From the NCBI GenBank assembly GCA_018263405.1, contig JAANXG010000038.1, forward strand, positions 1 through 33,538: a DNA stretch of 33,538 nucleotides. Reading direction: 5' to 3'. Below, piece by piece: positions 7,976-15,964 of the stretch. Each line of letters begins with the position of its first letter. The first letter of the stretch is position 1. The DNA is from Gammaproteobacteria bacterium (GTDB taxonomy: Bacteria > Pseudomonadota > Gammaproteobacteria > Arenicellales > JAANXG01). The translations under genes were made by a program, and so were the position numbers. The notes under the pieces were generated by a model, which saw only the letters and a program-made list of their open reading frames with translations, had not been told where the DNA came from and did not search any database.

Positions 7976-9538
7976 CTAGTACCATGCATCCGCCATCGAT
8001 GCCTTCCGCCGAGCGACGAAATCTCGCAATGCCTCATCGAGGGCGGGATCCAGTACCGGTTCCTGCTCCGGGAACTGCGCCAGCATCGCCTTCCAGCGTG
8101 CGTTGGCGCGGGCAACGATGTCCTTCGATCCTTCCTCGGTCCACTGCTCGTAGGACTGATTGTCGGCCAAGTCCGAAGGATAGAAAGCCGTCCGGTAGTT
8201 GGCTAGGGTGTGTGAACAGGCGAGGAAGTGATTCCCCGGCCCCACCTCGCGGAAAGCATCGAGCGCGAGCGCGTTGTCGTCGGTGGCGAAGCCTTCGGCA
8301 AACGTATGCATGGCACCGCAGCGGTCGGCATCGATAACGAACTTCTCGTAACCGACAGCGAGAGCGCTCTCGAGCCAACCGGCGGCGTGAAGCACGTAGT
8401 GGGCACCCGCGAGCAGCGTCGGCATCAACGTATCCGCGCTCTCCTGAGCCGCCTGGGCATCCGGGATTTTCGATGCTGTGAGTGAACCACCAAGGCGCAG
8501 CGGCACACCGAGGCGGCGCGCGAGTTGGCCCACCACGAAATAGGCCAGGGCGGGCTCGGGAGTACCAAATGTCGGTGCCCCGGAGCGCAATGACATCGAC
8601 GACAAGAAAACCCCGAGGACGGCGGGCGCACCGGGGCGAACGAGCTGGGTCAGCGCGACTCCGGCCATAGCCTCGGCAAACGCCTGGGCGACAGCGCCCG
8701 CCCCGGTCACCGGCCCCATCGCCCCGCCAAGGATGAAAGGCAGGATGATAGTGCCCTGGTTGGCAGTCGCGTAGGTGCGCAACGCACTGGTTGCCATTCG
8801 GTCGAACACCAGCGGCGAGTTCGCGTTTACGTTACCGAGGATTACGCAGTGCCGGTCCACGAATTGTTCGCCGAAAACCAGTCGGGCCATCTCGATCGAG
8901 TCGGCGGCCCGCTCCGGCGCCGTAATGGAGCCGAGGAATGGCTTATCGGAGTACTTCAGGTGGGCGTAGACCATGTCCAAGTGGCGATTGTTTACCGGCA
9001 GATCGACCGGCTCACAGACCGTGCCTCCCGAGTGATGGAGCCATGGCGACATCCAGGCGAGCTTGACCAGGTTGCGGAAGTCCTCAATGGAGGCATATCT
9101 ACGTCCGCGGTCGGCGTCGGTCACGAATGGAGATCCGTACGCCGGGGCGAAGATCGTGGCATCACCGCCAAATTGGACCGAGCGCTCGGGGTTGCGCGCG
9201 TGCTGGATGAAGGTCCGCGGCGCAGTCTCCTGAATAATACGACGCAGCATGCCCTGCGGAAATCGCACGCGCTCGCCGTCGACATCGGCGCCTGCTTGGC
9301 GCCAAATTGCCAACGTCTCCGGGTCGTCCCGGAAGTCGATGCCGGGGTCCTGAAGAATCGAATCGATCGTGTTCTCGATCCGGCGCAACGCCTCTTCCCC
9401 CAAGAGTTCATAAGGACGCAAGTGGCGTGTCAGGTTGGCGGGTCCTCGTGTCGGACTCGCCGAAGACGGCGTTCGGCGCTTGGCCCCCGCACCGCCTTGT
9501 CGGCGTTTGCGCCGGCGAGTGGCATTCGCTTCGATCAA
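7976..9538 (-). CDS. Trimethylamine-methyltransferase (MttB) superfamily protein, non-pyrrolysine type (MtgB/MtpB-like quaternary-amine methyltransferase candidate)
   Basis: 520-aa uninterrupted ORF with no in-frame TAG. The TTG start lies 8 nt after a GGAG. Family-typical segments include FIQHARNPERSVQFGGD, HHSGGTVCEPVDLP, NANSPLVFD, GAPTFGTPEPAL, LHAAGWLES and EKFVIDADRCG. It is clearly paralogous to 13046..14602 and has an Arg-rich N-terminus (ATRRRKRRQGGAGAKRR). Confidence 0.85.
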   Translation of the reverse strand: MIEANATRRRKRRQGGAGAKRRTPSSASPTRGPANLTRHLRPYELLGEEALRRIENTIDSILQDPGIDFRDDPETLAIWRQAGADVDGERVRFPQGMLRRIIQETAPRTFIQHARNPERSVQFGGDATIFAPAYGSPFVTDADRGRRYASIEDFRNLVKLAWMSPWLHHSGGTVCEPVDLPVNNRHLDMVYAHLKYSDKPFLGSITAPERAADSIEMARLVFGEQFVDRHCVILGNVNANSPLVFDRMATSALRTYATANQGTIILPFILGGAMGPVTGAGAVAQAFAEAMAGVALTQLVRPGAPAVLGVFLSSMSLRSGAPTFGTPEPALAYFVVGQLARRLGVPLRLGGSLTASKIPDAQAAQESADTLMPTLLAGAHYVLHAAGWLESALAVGYEKFVIDADRCGAMHTFAEGFATDDNALALDAFREVGPGNHFLACSHTLANYRTAFYPSDLADNQSYEQWTEEGSKDIVARANARWKAMLAQFPEQEPVLDPALDEALRDFVARRKASMADAWY

Positions 9539-9582
9539 AATAACGTCTCCGTCTGCCTGAGCTGTGTGGACGTGAGCTCGGT

Positions 9583-9610
9583 TGTTTAACCGGGTAACGA
9601 CTTATGTCAA
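9583..9610 (-). promoter_or_regulatory. Candidate internal sigma70-type promoter upstream of the MttB-family gene
   Basis: In minus sense: TTGACA (9610..9605), a 16-nt spacer, then TAAACA (9588..9583), about 45 nt upstream of the TTG start. The -35 box is perfect but the -10 box matches only 3 of 6 positions. Motif evidence only. Confidence 0.25.
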
Positions 9611-9705
9611 ATACTCTGCGCCGTTGATTCGCTCGGCGTCAAACAACATTTTTCGGGGGGAATTCGATAATTGTGGTTGATGCGTGGGTGTCGATAACCG
9701 TGAGA

Positions 9706-10755
9706 TCAGTTGGCGCGGGCGCGGCCTCGCCGGCGCGAGCGGCGCACCGCACTCCGTACCGGAGCCGGAGCGCCGGCGATCTGGGTGCGCATTCCCTCGG
9801 TCACCGTACCCAGTCGCTGGATCACGGCATCGACATCGGGGAGTGGTTCCGGCTCCGCTTGTGCCAGGGCCTCGCGCATCGCCCGGACATGTCTCGCCGT
9901 GGTGCCGCAGCACCCGCCGATAATGGTAGCTCCCGCTGCGTAGGCCAACCGGGCGTAATCGGCCATCAACTCGGGCGTACCGTTGTAAACGATTTTTCCA
10001 TCGATGTACTCCGGTATCCCGCAATTAGCCTTCGCCACCAGTGCCGGTTTTTCGGCGTTGTCTTCCCGTTCCCGGTTCATCCGCAGTATCGCCATGACCA
10101 CCTCGGCGGCACCGATGCCGCAATTCGTACCGAAGGCCACCGGCGCCGGATTCAGCGCGTTTTGCAGGGCGACGATATCCTGCGCCGATACACCCATCAT
10201 GGTACGGCCGTTGGTGTCGATGCTGAAACAGGTCACAATCGGCAGACCGGTGTCCGCGGCGCCCCGCACCGCCGCTGCCACCTCCTCCCTGGAGGACATG
10301 GTCTCGATCCACAACACGTCGACACCGCCTTCCCGCAGGCCCCTGGCCTGCTCCGAGAACGCGGCGACTGCGTCGTCGAAACACAAGCTGCCCACGGGCT
10401 GGAGAATTTCCCCGGTTGGGCCCATGGAGCCGGCCGCCACGACCGTCCGCTCCGACGCGTCGATGGCACCTCTCAGGATCCACGCCGCCTGCCGATTGAT
10501 TTCGTAGACGCGGTCCTGGGCCTGGTGCAGGGCCAGGCGATGGCGAGTGCCGCCGAAAGAGTTGGTGAGCACGATGTCGGAACCGGCGTCGATGAAGCTG
10601 CGGTAATGGACCTCCACGCGTTCCGGATAGTCGATGTTCCACAACTCCGGCGCACCGCCGCTTGGCAGGCCCAGATCGAACAAACCGGTGCCGGTCGCGC
10701 CGTCCGCCAGCAGCCAGGGCCTGATATCCAGCAGTTTCCGCAGCAGATCAGTCAT
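9706..10755 (-). CDS. Homocysteine S-methyltransferase-domain protein (stand-alone MetH N-terminal / BHMT / MmuM-type domain)
   Basis: 349-aa ORF with the N-terminal LLADGATGTGLF motif (DGxxGT). Zn-ligand cysteines sit in KANCGIP and IIGGCCGTTARHV, matching the GGCCGT signature of Pfam S-methyl_trans. There is no B12-binding domain. The C-terminal tail is Arg-rich (RSAVRRSRRRGRARAN). Confidence 0.8.
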   Translation of the reverse strand: MTDLLRKLLDIRPWLLADGATGTGLFDLGLPSGGAPELWNIDYPERVEVHYRSFIDAGSDIVLTNSFGGTRHRLALHQAQDRVYEINRQAAWILRGAIDASERTVVAAGSMGPTGEILQPVGSLCFDDAVAAFSEQARGLREGGVDVLWIETMSSREEVAAAVRGAADTGLPIVTCFSIDTNGRTMMGVSAQDIVALQNALNPAPVAFGTNCGIGAAEVVMAILRMNREREDNAEKPALVAKANCGIPEYIDGKIVYNGTPELMADYARLAYAAGATIIGGCCGTTARHVRAMREALAQAEPEPLPDVDAVIQRLGTVTEGMRTQIAGAPAPVRSAVRRSRRRGRARAN

Positions 10756-10943
10756 TGTCTGTTTATCATACCGGATCGACCCGTTTTGAATCCGTTCTGC
10801 AATCGCTCCGTAGCGGATTCAATCTCCAGGGATGGAGGAAGTGCAATAAATGGCCGGGAGCGAGTTGCTGCCGGCCGCGATATCGTCCTGGTCGGAGAAT
10901 CGCAGCCAATAAAGCCGCTCCTGCTACACTCGGAACACCAAAT

Positions 10944-11879
10944 CTACGCTTTCAGAGCCTCGGTCAACGCCGGGACCGCTGTAAACAGATCTTCCACCAG
11001 ACCGTAATCGGCCACCTGGAAGATGGGTGCTTCCTCGTCATTGTTGATGGCCGCGATTACCTTGCTGTCCTTCATGCCGGCAAGGTGCTGAATAGCGCCG
11101 GAAATGCCGATCGCCAGATAAAGATCCGGAGCCACAACTTTGCCGGTCTGGCCAACCTGATAATCGTTCGGCACGTAGCCAGCATCCACGGCGGCGCGAG
11201 ACGCGCCGACCGCGGCATTGAGACTCGCCGCGAGATCCTCGATCATCCGGAAATTTTCCGCGCTGCCAACGCCCCGACCACCGGACACGACGGTGCGCGC
11301 TGAGGTCAGCTCGGGCCGGTTCGACTGGGACAGATTCTGTTCCACGAAGCGCGATCCTTCGCCCGACACCGCCGCTTCCACGTTTTCCACCTCCGCGTTG
11401 CCGCCCTCGATGCCTGCGGCGTCGAATTTAGTGGTCCGCACGGTGACGACCTTAATCGGATCGGCGGACTGCACCTTCGCCAACGCGTTGCCCGCGTAAA
11501 TCGGGCGCTCGAAGGTATCTTCCGAGAACACTGCACTGATGTCCGAGATCTGCGCGACATCCAGCAGGGCGCTGACGCGGGGCATCACGTTTTTGCCGTA
11601 CGTAGTGGCGGCGGCAACGACATGACTGTATCCCTCGGCGAGCCCGACAATCAACGGCGCGATGTTCTCGGGCATATGGTGTTCATACTCGGGGGCATCC
11701 GCCAGCAGGACGCGTTCGACACCGCCTACCCTCGCACAAGTATCGGCAACACCCGCGCAACCGGAGCCGGCTACCAGCATTTCGACCGGCCCGCCCATCC
11801 GTGAAGCGGCGGTCACCGCGTGGAGGGCTACCTCGAGTAATTCGGAATTGTTGTGTTCGGAAACTACCAGGACCGCCAT
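10944..11879 (-). CDS. etfA: Electron transfer flavoprotein, alpha subunit
   Basis: 311-aa ORF with a classical EtfA sequence (MAVLVVSEH..., VVSGGRGVGS, AVGASRAAVDAGYVPNDYQVGQTGKVVAPDLYLAIGISGAIQHLAGMKDSKVIAAINNDEEAPIF). Its ATG overlaps the etfB stop by 1 nt (TGATG). Confidence 0.92.
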   Translation of the reverse strand: MAVLVVSEHNNSELLEVALHAVTAASRMGGPVEMLVAGSGCAGVADTCARVGGVERVLLADAPEYEHHMPENIAPLIVGLAEGYSHVVAAATTYGKNVMPRVSALLDVAQISDISAVFSEDTFERPIYAGNALAKVQSADPIKVVTVRTTKFDAAGIEGGNAEVENVEAAVSGEGSRFVEQNLSQSNRPELTSARTVVSGGRGVGSAENFRMIEDLAASLNAAVGASRAAVDAGYVPNDYQVGQTGKVVAPDLYLAIGISGAIQHLAGMKDSKVIAAINNDEEAPIFQVADYGLVEDLFTAVPALTEALKA

Positions 11880-12628
11880 CAGATTACCTTTGCCTCGTTT
11901 TTCAATTTTTCGACCAGCTCTGCGACACTGCCGACCCGTACGCCTTCGGCACGGGGCGGCGGTTCGCTGACATTTAATATTTTCATCCTCGGTTCCAGGT
12001 CAAGGCCCAGATCGCCCGCGGCTTTTTTTTCCACCGGCTTTTTCTTCGCCTTCATAATATTGGGCAGTGAAGCATGCCGCGGCTCATTCAAACGAAGATC
12101 AACGGAAACGATGGCGGGCAGATCCAGCTCGACGGTCTCCAGGCCACCGTCGATCTCGCGAACCACCTTGGTCGTTTCGCCTTCCAGTTCAACGCCGGAC
12201 GCAAACGTGCCCTGGGGCCAGTTCAGCAAAGCTGCCAGGCTCTGGCCGGCCTGGTTGCAGTCGTCGTCGATGGCCTGCTTGCCCAACAACACGAGCTGCG
12301 CAGATTCTTCCTCAACGATTTGCTTCAGGATCTTCGCGACCGCCAAGGGTTCGAGGTTTCGTTCACCTTCCACCAGAACGCCCCGGTCGGCACCCATGGC
12401 CAAGGCGGTGCGAATGGTTTCTTCGGACTTCGCCGGGCCGATCGACACAGCGATAATTTCTTCGGCGGCACCCGCTTCCTTCAGGCGCACGGCCTGTTCC
12501 ACGGCGACCTCGTCGAAAGGATTCATGGACATCTTGGCGTTGGAAAGATCCACACCGGAGCCATCGGGTTTCACGTAAGCGCGGACATAGGGATCCAGCA
12601 CTCGTTTCACACCTACGAGGATTTTCAT
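11879..12628 (-). CDS. etfB: Electron transfer flavoprotein, beta subunit
   Basis: The ORF track starts at GTG 12634. The ATG at 12628 gives the canonical EtfB N-terminus ([28 protein letters not shown]...). The rest ([32 protein letters not shown]) is typical EtfB. Confidence 0.9.
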   Translation of the reverse strand: MKILVGVKRVLDPYVRAYVKPDGSGVDLSNAKMSMNPFDEVAVEQAVRLKEAGAAEEIIAVSIGPAKSEETIRTALAMGADRGVLVEGERNLEPLAVAKILKQIVEEESAQLVLLGKQAIDDDCNQAGQSLAALLNWPQGTFASGVELEGETTKVVREIDGGLETVELDLPAIVSVDLRLNEPRHASLPNIMKAKKKPVEKKAAGDLGLDLEPRMKILNVSEPPPRAEGVRVGSVAELVEKLKNEAKVI

Positions 12629-12652
12629 GCTCACTCTGCTTTCCGGTTATAG

Positions 12653-12713
12653 TTAGTACCCCTTGGCACAATTACGCACGCGTTCAGTGCGTAATTGTGC
12701 CAAGGGGTACTTA
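12653..12713. repeat. Perfect palindromic REP/MITE-like element (family copy 1) in the etfB 5' region
   Basis: The arms gtaccccttggcacaattacgcac (12656..12679) and gtgcgtaattgtgccaaggggtac (12687..12710) form a 24-25 bp perfect stem with a 7-nt loop, flanked by TTA on each side. The termini are repeated at 33170..33240: a 20-nt identical left end (ttagtaccccttggcacaat) and the right end ccaaggggt.cttaggg. Confidence 0.8.
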
Positions 12714-12738
12714 GGGTGCATGTTGTCACAGCCTGTGG

Positions 12739-12747
12739 ATTCTACCA
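12739..12747 (-). promoter_or_regulatory. Candidate extended -10 promoter element for the etfBA-led operon
   Basis: The minus sense reads TGgTAGAAT (TGn plus a 5/6 match to TATAAT), about 110 nt upstream of the etfB ATG. No good -35 box. A transcript from here would carry the 12656..12710 hairpin in its 5' UTR. Motif evidence only. Confidence 0.25.
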
Positions 12748-13045
12748 GATCGTCTCATAATGAGGACCGCCACCGACAAGGCCGACCGGATCGGACCGGT
12801 CGACCCATAATCGGCCAAGCATCGATAAAAGCGCGGCAGTGTAGCTTCGGTCAAAAACCCGCTACAACGCGTTTGCGACTGCGTATGATGAAATTGCGTC
12901 ACGGGTATGGCGCAGGTAAGAACATGGCGGTCGCGAGTCGCGCTGAAAGTCCAAAGGGAATCTTCAATGATTCGCACCGTAAAGCGCGGGACCGATATGA
13001 GTCTGACCGGCCCCGTCATCTACAGCCGAAAGCCGGAACCCCGAT

Positions 13046-14602
13046 ATGACCGACACTACAACAAGACGACGAGGCGGCGGCCGCGAGGCTCGTCAACGCC
13101 TGCGCAGCGAGATTGCACCCGCCCGTACCGCCTACATTAAGAGGCGTATCCCCGTCTATCAGATACTGGACGACGATGGCTTGTCGGTTATCGAAGCCAA
13201 CGCCGATACGATCCTTCAAGAGATCGGCATTGAGTTTCGAGACGACGCCGAAGCTTTAGCATTATGGAAGGAGCACGGTGCGGATGTACAAGGTGAACGG
13301 GTGCGTTTCCCCAAAGGAATGTGCCGCTCGATTATCCAGGCATCGGCGCCTGTAGAATTTACCCAGCACGCGAGAAACCCTGCCAACAGCGTCCGGATCG
13401 GGGGCGACAACCTTGTGCTCGTCCCCGGCTACGGTCCGCCGTTTATTCGCAATCTGGACGAAGGCCGCCGCTACGCGAGGCTCGAGGATTTCCAGAATTT
13501 CGTCAAGCTTGCTTATATGGCACCGGCGCTTCACCATTCCGGCGGCACCCTGTGTGAGCCCGTGGATATACCCATACCGAAACGGCATCTGGACATGCTC
13601 CATAGCCATATGCGCTACAGCGACAAATGCTTCATGGGCTCGGTCACGGCCCCGGAGCGCGCGGAGGACACGATGGCAATGGCCAGGATCCTCTTCGGCG
13701 ATAGCTTCGCGGACCCCGAAACCGGCGAAGAACGCACTTGCGTAGTCAGCCTAATCAACGCCAATTCGCCCTTGACCTTCGATGCGACCATGCTGGGGGC
13801 CGCCAAGGTTTATGCGCGCGCCAATCAGGGCACCGTCATCTCGCCGTTTATTCTGTCCGGCGCCATGTCGCCCGTGACCGTCGCCGGGACGGCGGCCCAG
13901 ATCCTGTCCGAAGCCATGGCCGGCATGGCATTTGTACAACTGGTGCGACCCGGCGCTCCGGTCGTGTTCGGGACATTCTCCAGCTCCATTTCCATGCAAT
14001 CCGGCGCCCCCACGTTCGGAACCCCGGAGCCGGCGCTGGTGATCAACGTGGCCGCGGCGCTTGCCCGGCGTCTGGGGGTACCTTTCCGCAGCGGCGGCGG
14101 CTTGTCGGCCTCCAAGATTGCGGACGCGCAGGCCGGCTACGAATCGGCCAACACGCTCAACGCCGCGGTCAATGCCGGCGTGAATTTCATGCTGCACACC
14201 ACCGGCTGGCTGGAAGGAGGCCTGGCGATGGGCTACGAAAAATTCGTGCTGGATGCCGACCAGGCCGGGATGATCCAAGCGCTGTGCAACGGCGTGGACT
14301 TGTCCGACAACGGTCAGGCACTGGACGCAATCCGCGAAGTCGGTCCGGGGCAGCATTTTCTGGGCTGCGCCCACACCCAAGCGAACTTCCAGTCCGCGTT
14401 CTATCGCTCCAGTACCGCCGACAACAACAGCTTCGAACAGTGGGAATCCACAGGCGGTCTCGATGCCGCTCGACGGGCCAACAAGTTGTACAAGAAATGG
14501 CTCGCCGAATACCAGGAACCGAAGCTGGACGCCGCCGTTGACGAAGCACTGCAGGCATACATCTCGAAAAGAAAGTCGCAATTGCCGGACCGCGGCGAAT
14601 AA
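13046..14602 (+). CDS. Trimethylamine-methyltransferase (MttB) superfamily protein, non-pyrrolysine type, second paralogue
   Basis: 518-aa uninterrupted ORF with an ATG start. Collinear similarity to 7976..9538 includes FTQHARNPANSVRIGGD, HHSGGTLCEPVDIP, NANSPLTFD, GAPTFGTPEPAL, LHTTGWLEG and EKFVLDADQAG. The N-terminus is Arg/Gly-rich (TTRRRGGGREARQRLR). Confidence 0.85.
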   Translation: MTDTTTRRRGGGREARQRLRSEIAPARTAYIKRRIPVYQILDDDGLSVIEANADTILQEIGIEFRDDAEALALWKEHGADVQGERVRFPKGMCRSIIQASAPVEFTQHARNPANSVRIGGDNLVLVPGYGPPFIRNLDEGRRYARLEDFQNFVKLAYMAPALHHSGGTLCEPVDIPIPKRHLDMLHSHMRYSDKCFMGSVTAPERAEDTMAMARILFGDSFADPETGEERTCVVSLINANSPLTFDATMLGAAKVYARANQGTVISPFILSGAMSPVTVAGTAAQILSEAMAGMAFVQLVRPGAPVVFGTFSSSISMQSGAPTFGTPEPALVINVAAALARRLGVPFRSGGGLSASKIADAQAGYESANTLNAAVNAGVNFMLHTTGWLEGGLAMGYEKFVLDADQAGMIQALCNGVDLSDNGQALDAIREVGPGQHFLGCAHTQANFQSAFYRSSTADNNSFEQWESTGGLDAARRANKLYKKWLAEYQEPKLDAAVDEALQAYISKRKSQLPDRGE

Positions 14603-14635
14603 GCCGGGCCCAAGATTCGAATTGGCGGCACGGCA

Positions 14636-14669
14636 ACGGCCCGGAATCGAAGCATCCGGGCCGTTTTCT
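14636..14669 (+). terminator. Rho-independent terminator candidate after the second MttB-family gene
   Basis: The stem acggcccgg (14636..14644) pairs with ccgggccgt (14656..14664) across an 11-nt loop, followed by TTTTCT. It starts 34 nt after the stop codon. Confidence 0.55.
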
Positions 14670-14784
14670 AATTGCGTCACCGGATATTTCCTCCTATATT
14701 GCAGACGATTTGCGTTTTCGCTCGTTTCGGCGGGAATCGGTCGCGCACCGTTTGTGCGCTGCAAAGTGAGGCACGCTACCAATT

Positions 14785-15762
14785 ATGTCCGGTTCCTCAG
14801 AAAATTCGTTACCCAAGGTATTCAATTTCCTTTTGGTTCCGAATTTCACCTTGTTGGCCTACTCCTCCGCGGTAGAACCACTTCGGATGGCGAATACGCT
14901 ATCGGGCCGGGAACTCTACAACTGGAACATTATTTCCCTCGACAGCGATCCGACGCCATCCAGTAGTGGCGTCAGCCTGCCCGGAAATTTCACGATTTAT
15001 GATCGAATTCCGCCGGGGGCCCTACTGATCTGCGCCGGAATTGACGTCCTGCACGCCAATACGCCGGCATTGCAGGCGTGGTTAAAAAAAGCAGCAAAAC
15101 AATACAGCCCTATCGGCGCCCTATGCACCGGCACCTTCATCCTGGCCGAAGCACAACTTCTGGCGGGCTACCGTTGTACGATCCACTGGGAGTATAACGC
15201 CACACTGCGGGAAACCCATCCCAACCTGGTTGTATCGCAGGAGTTGTTCGAAGTCGACCGCGACCGGTATACCTGCGCGGGCGGTGTCGCGTCGTTGGAT
15301 ATGATGTTGCACCTCATTCGGCAACAACAGGGCGCAGAGTTGTCGGCGGCTATATCCGAACAGTTGATCTGCGACCGTATACGGGACAAAAACGACCGCC
15401 AGCGCATCCCCCTTCGTCATCGTCTTGGTACCGGCCAACCCAAACTACTGGAGGCGGTCTCGTTGATGGAAGCCAACATAGAGGAGCCCATGGCCCTGGA
15501 CGAACTGTCGCGGCACATCGGCTTGTCGCGCCGGCAGTTGGAGCGCCTGTTCAAGTCTTATCTGAGCTGTGTACCGACGCGCTACTATCTTCAGCTACGC
15601 TTGGAACGGGCCCGGCAACTGCTGCTGCAAACCAGCATGCCGGTGGTGGACATCGCCCTGGCCTGCGGCTTTATCTCCGCCCCTCACTTCAGCAAATGCT
15701 ACAGATTGATTTTCGGCATACCTCCACGCGAAGACCGCAGACGGGCGACTTCGCCGAATTAG
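14785..15762 (+). CDS. GlxA-family (DJ-1/PfpI-like domain + AraC HTH) transcriptional regulator, GbdR/CdhR-like
   Basis: 325-aa ORF. The N-terminal amidotransferase-like domain (FNFLLVPNFTLLAYSSAVEPLRMANTLSGRELYNWNIISLD...ALCTGTFILAEAQLL) resembles the betaine/carnitine-responsive regulators GbdR and CdhR. The C-terminal AraC HTH is present (LDELSRHIGLSRRQLERLFK...IALACGFISAPHFSKCYRLIFGIPP). Confidence 0.85.
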   Translation: MSGSSENSLPKVFNFLLVPNFTLLAYSSAVEPLRMANTLSGRELYNWNIISLDSDPTPSSSGVSLPGNFTIYDRIPPGALLICAGIDVLHANTPALQAWLKKAAKQYSPIGALCTGTFILAEAQLLAGYRCTIHWEYNATLRETHPNLVVSQELFEVDRDRYTCAGGVASLDMMLHLIRQQQGAELSAAISEQLICDRIRDKNDRQRIPLRHRLGTGQPKLLEAVSLMEANIEEPMALDELSRHIGLSRRQLERLFKSYLSCVPTRYYLQLRLERARQLLLQTSMPVVDIALACGFISAPHFSKCYRLIFGIPPREDRRRATSPN

Positions 15763-15964
15763 TTGACGTTCAAAAAAACCCGGGCGACCGGCCACCATCA
15801 AGCGCCCTCCCGTCGCCGAATGTATGGCCGTGGGGTTGCATACATTCTTGCCGGCAATATCCTGCGCGGCACCGCCGGCCGGATCGAACAATCCGGTACG
15901 GTCGACGAGATATGAAACTTATTCCACAGAGGGGATTGAACTTGGACTTGCTCGGGACCACGTC

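Noticed and set aside
6026-8206. 726-aa + strand ORF, the longest such ORF in this part of the window
   Set aside because: It runs antisense across the boundary of two well-supported minus-strand genes (the flavoprotein and MttB). Its Arg/Pro/Gly/Leu-rich low-complexity composition is typical of high-GC shadow frames. The same reasoning applies to 3927..5021, 9673..11007, 13751..14782, 17728..18996, 25934..26707 and 27107..28651.
7976-9538. Pyrrolysine-encoding in-frame amber codon, as in true MttB
   Set aside because: Both MttB-family ORFs are uninterrupted, with no internal TAG, so they are non-Pyl members.
12661-12680. TTGGCAC inside the palindromic repeat resembles a sigma54 -24 box
   Set aside because: Five nucleotides after TGGCAC comes CGCA in copy 1 and CGTA in copy 2, not the TTGC -12 element. 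The motif is also part of a mirrored repeat arm.
12940-13045. Possible cobalamin riboswitch in the 410-nt leader of the second MttB gene (aagggaatcttcaatgattcgcaccgtaaag ... gagtctgaccggcc)
   Set aside because: There is only a loose resemblance to the GGGAA...GGTG core, and the B12 box (AGYCMGGAGACCKGCC) is neither intact nor correctly spaced. The segment is too short for the full fold. A cmscan with RF00174 would settle it; a hit above the gathering threshold would overturn this rejection.
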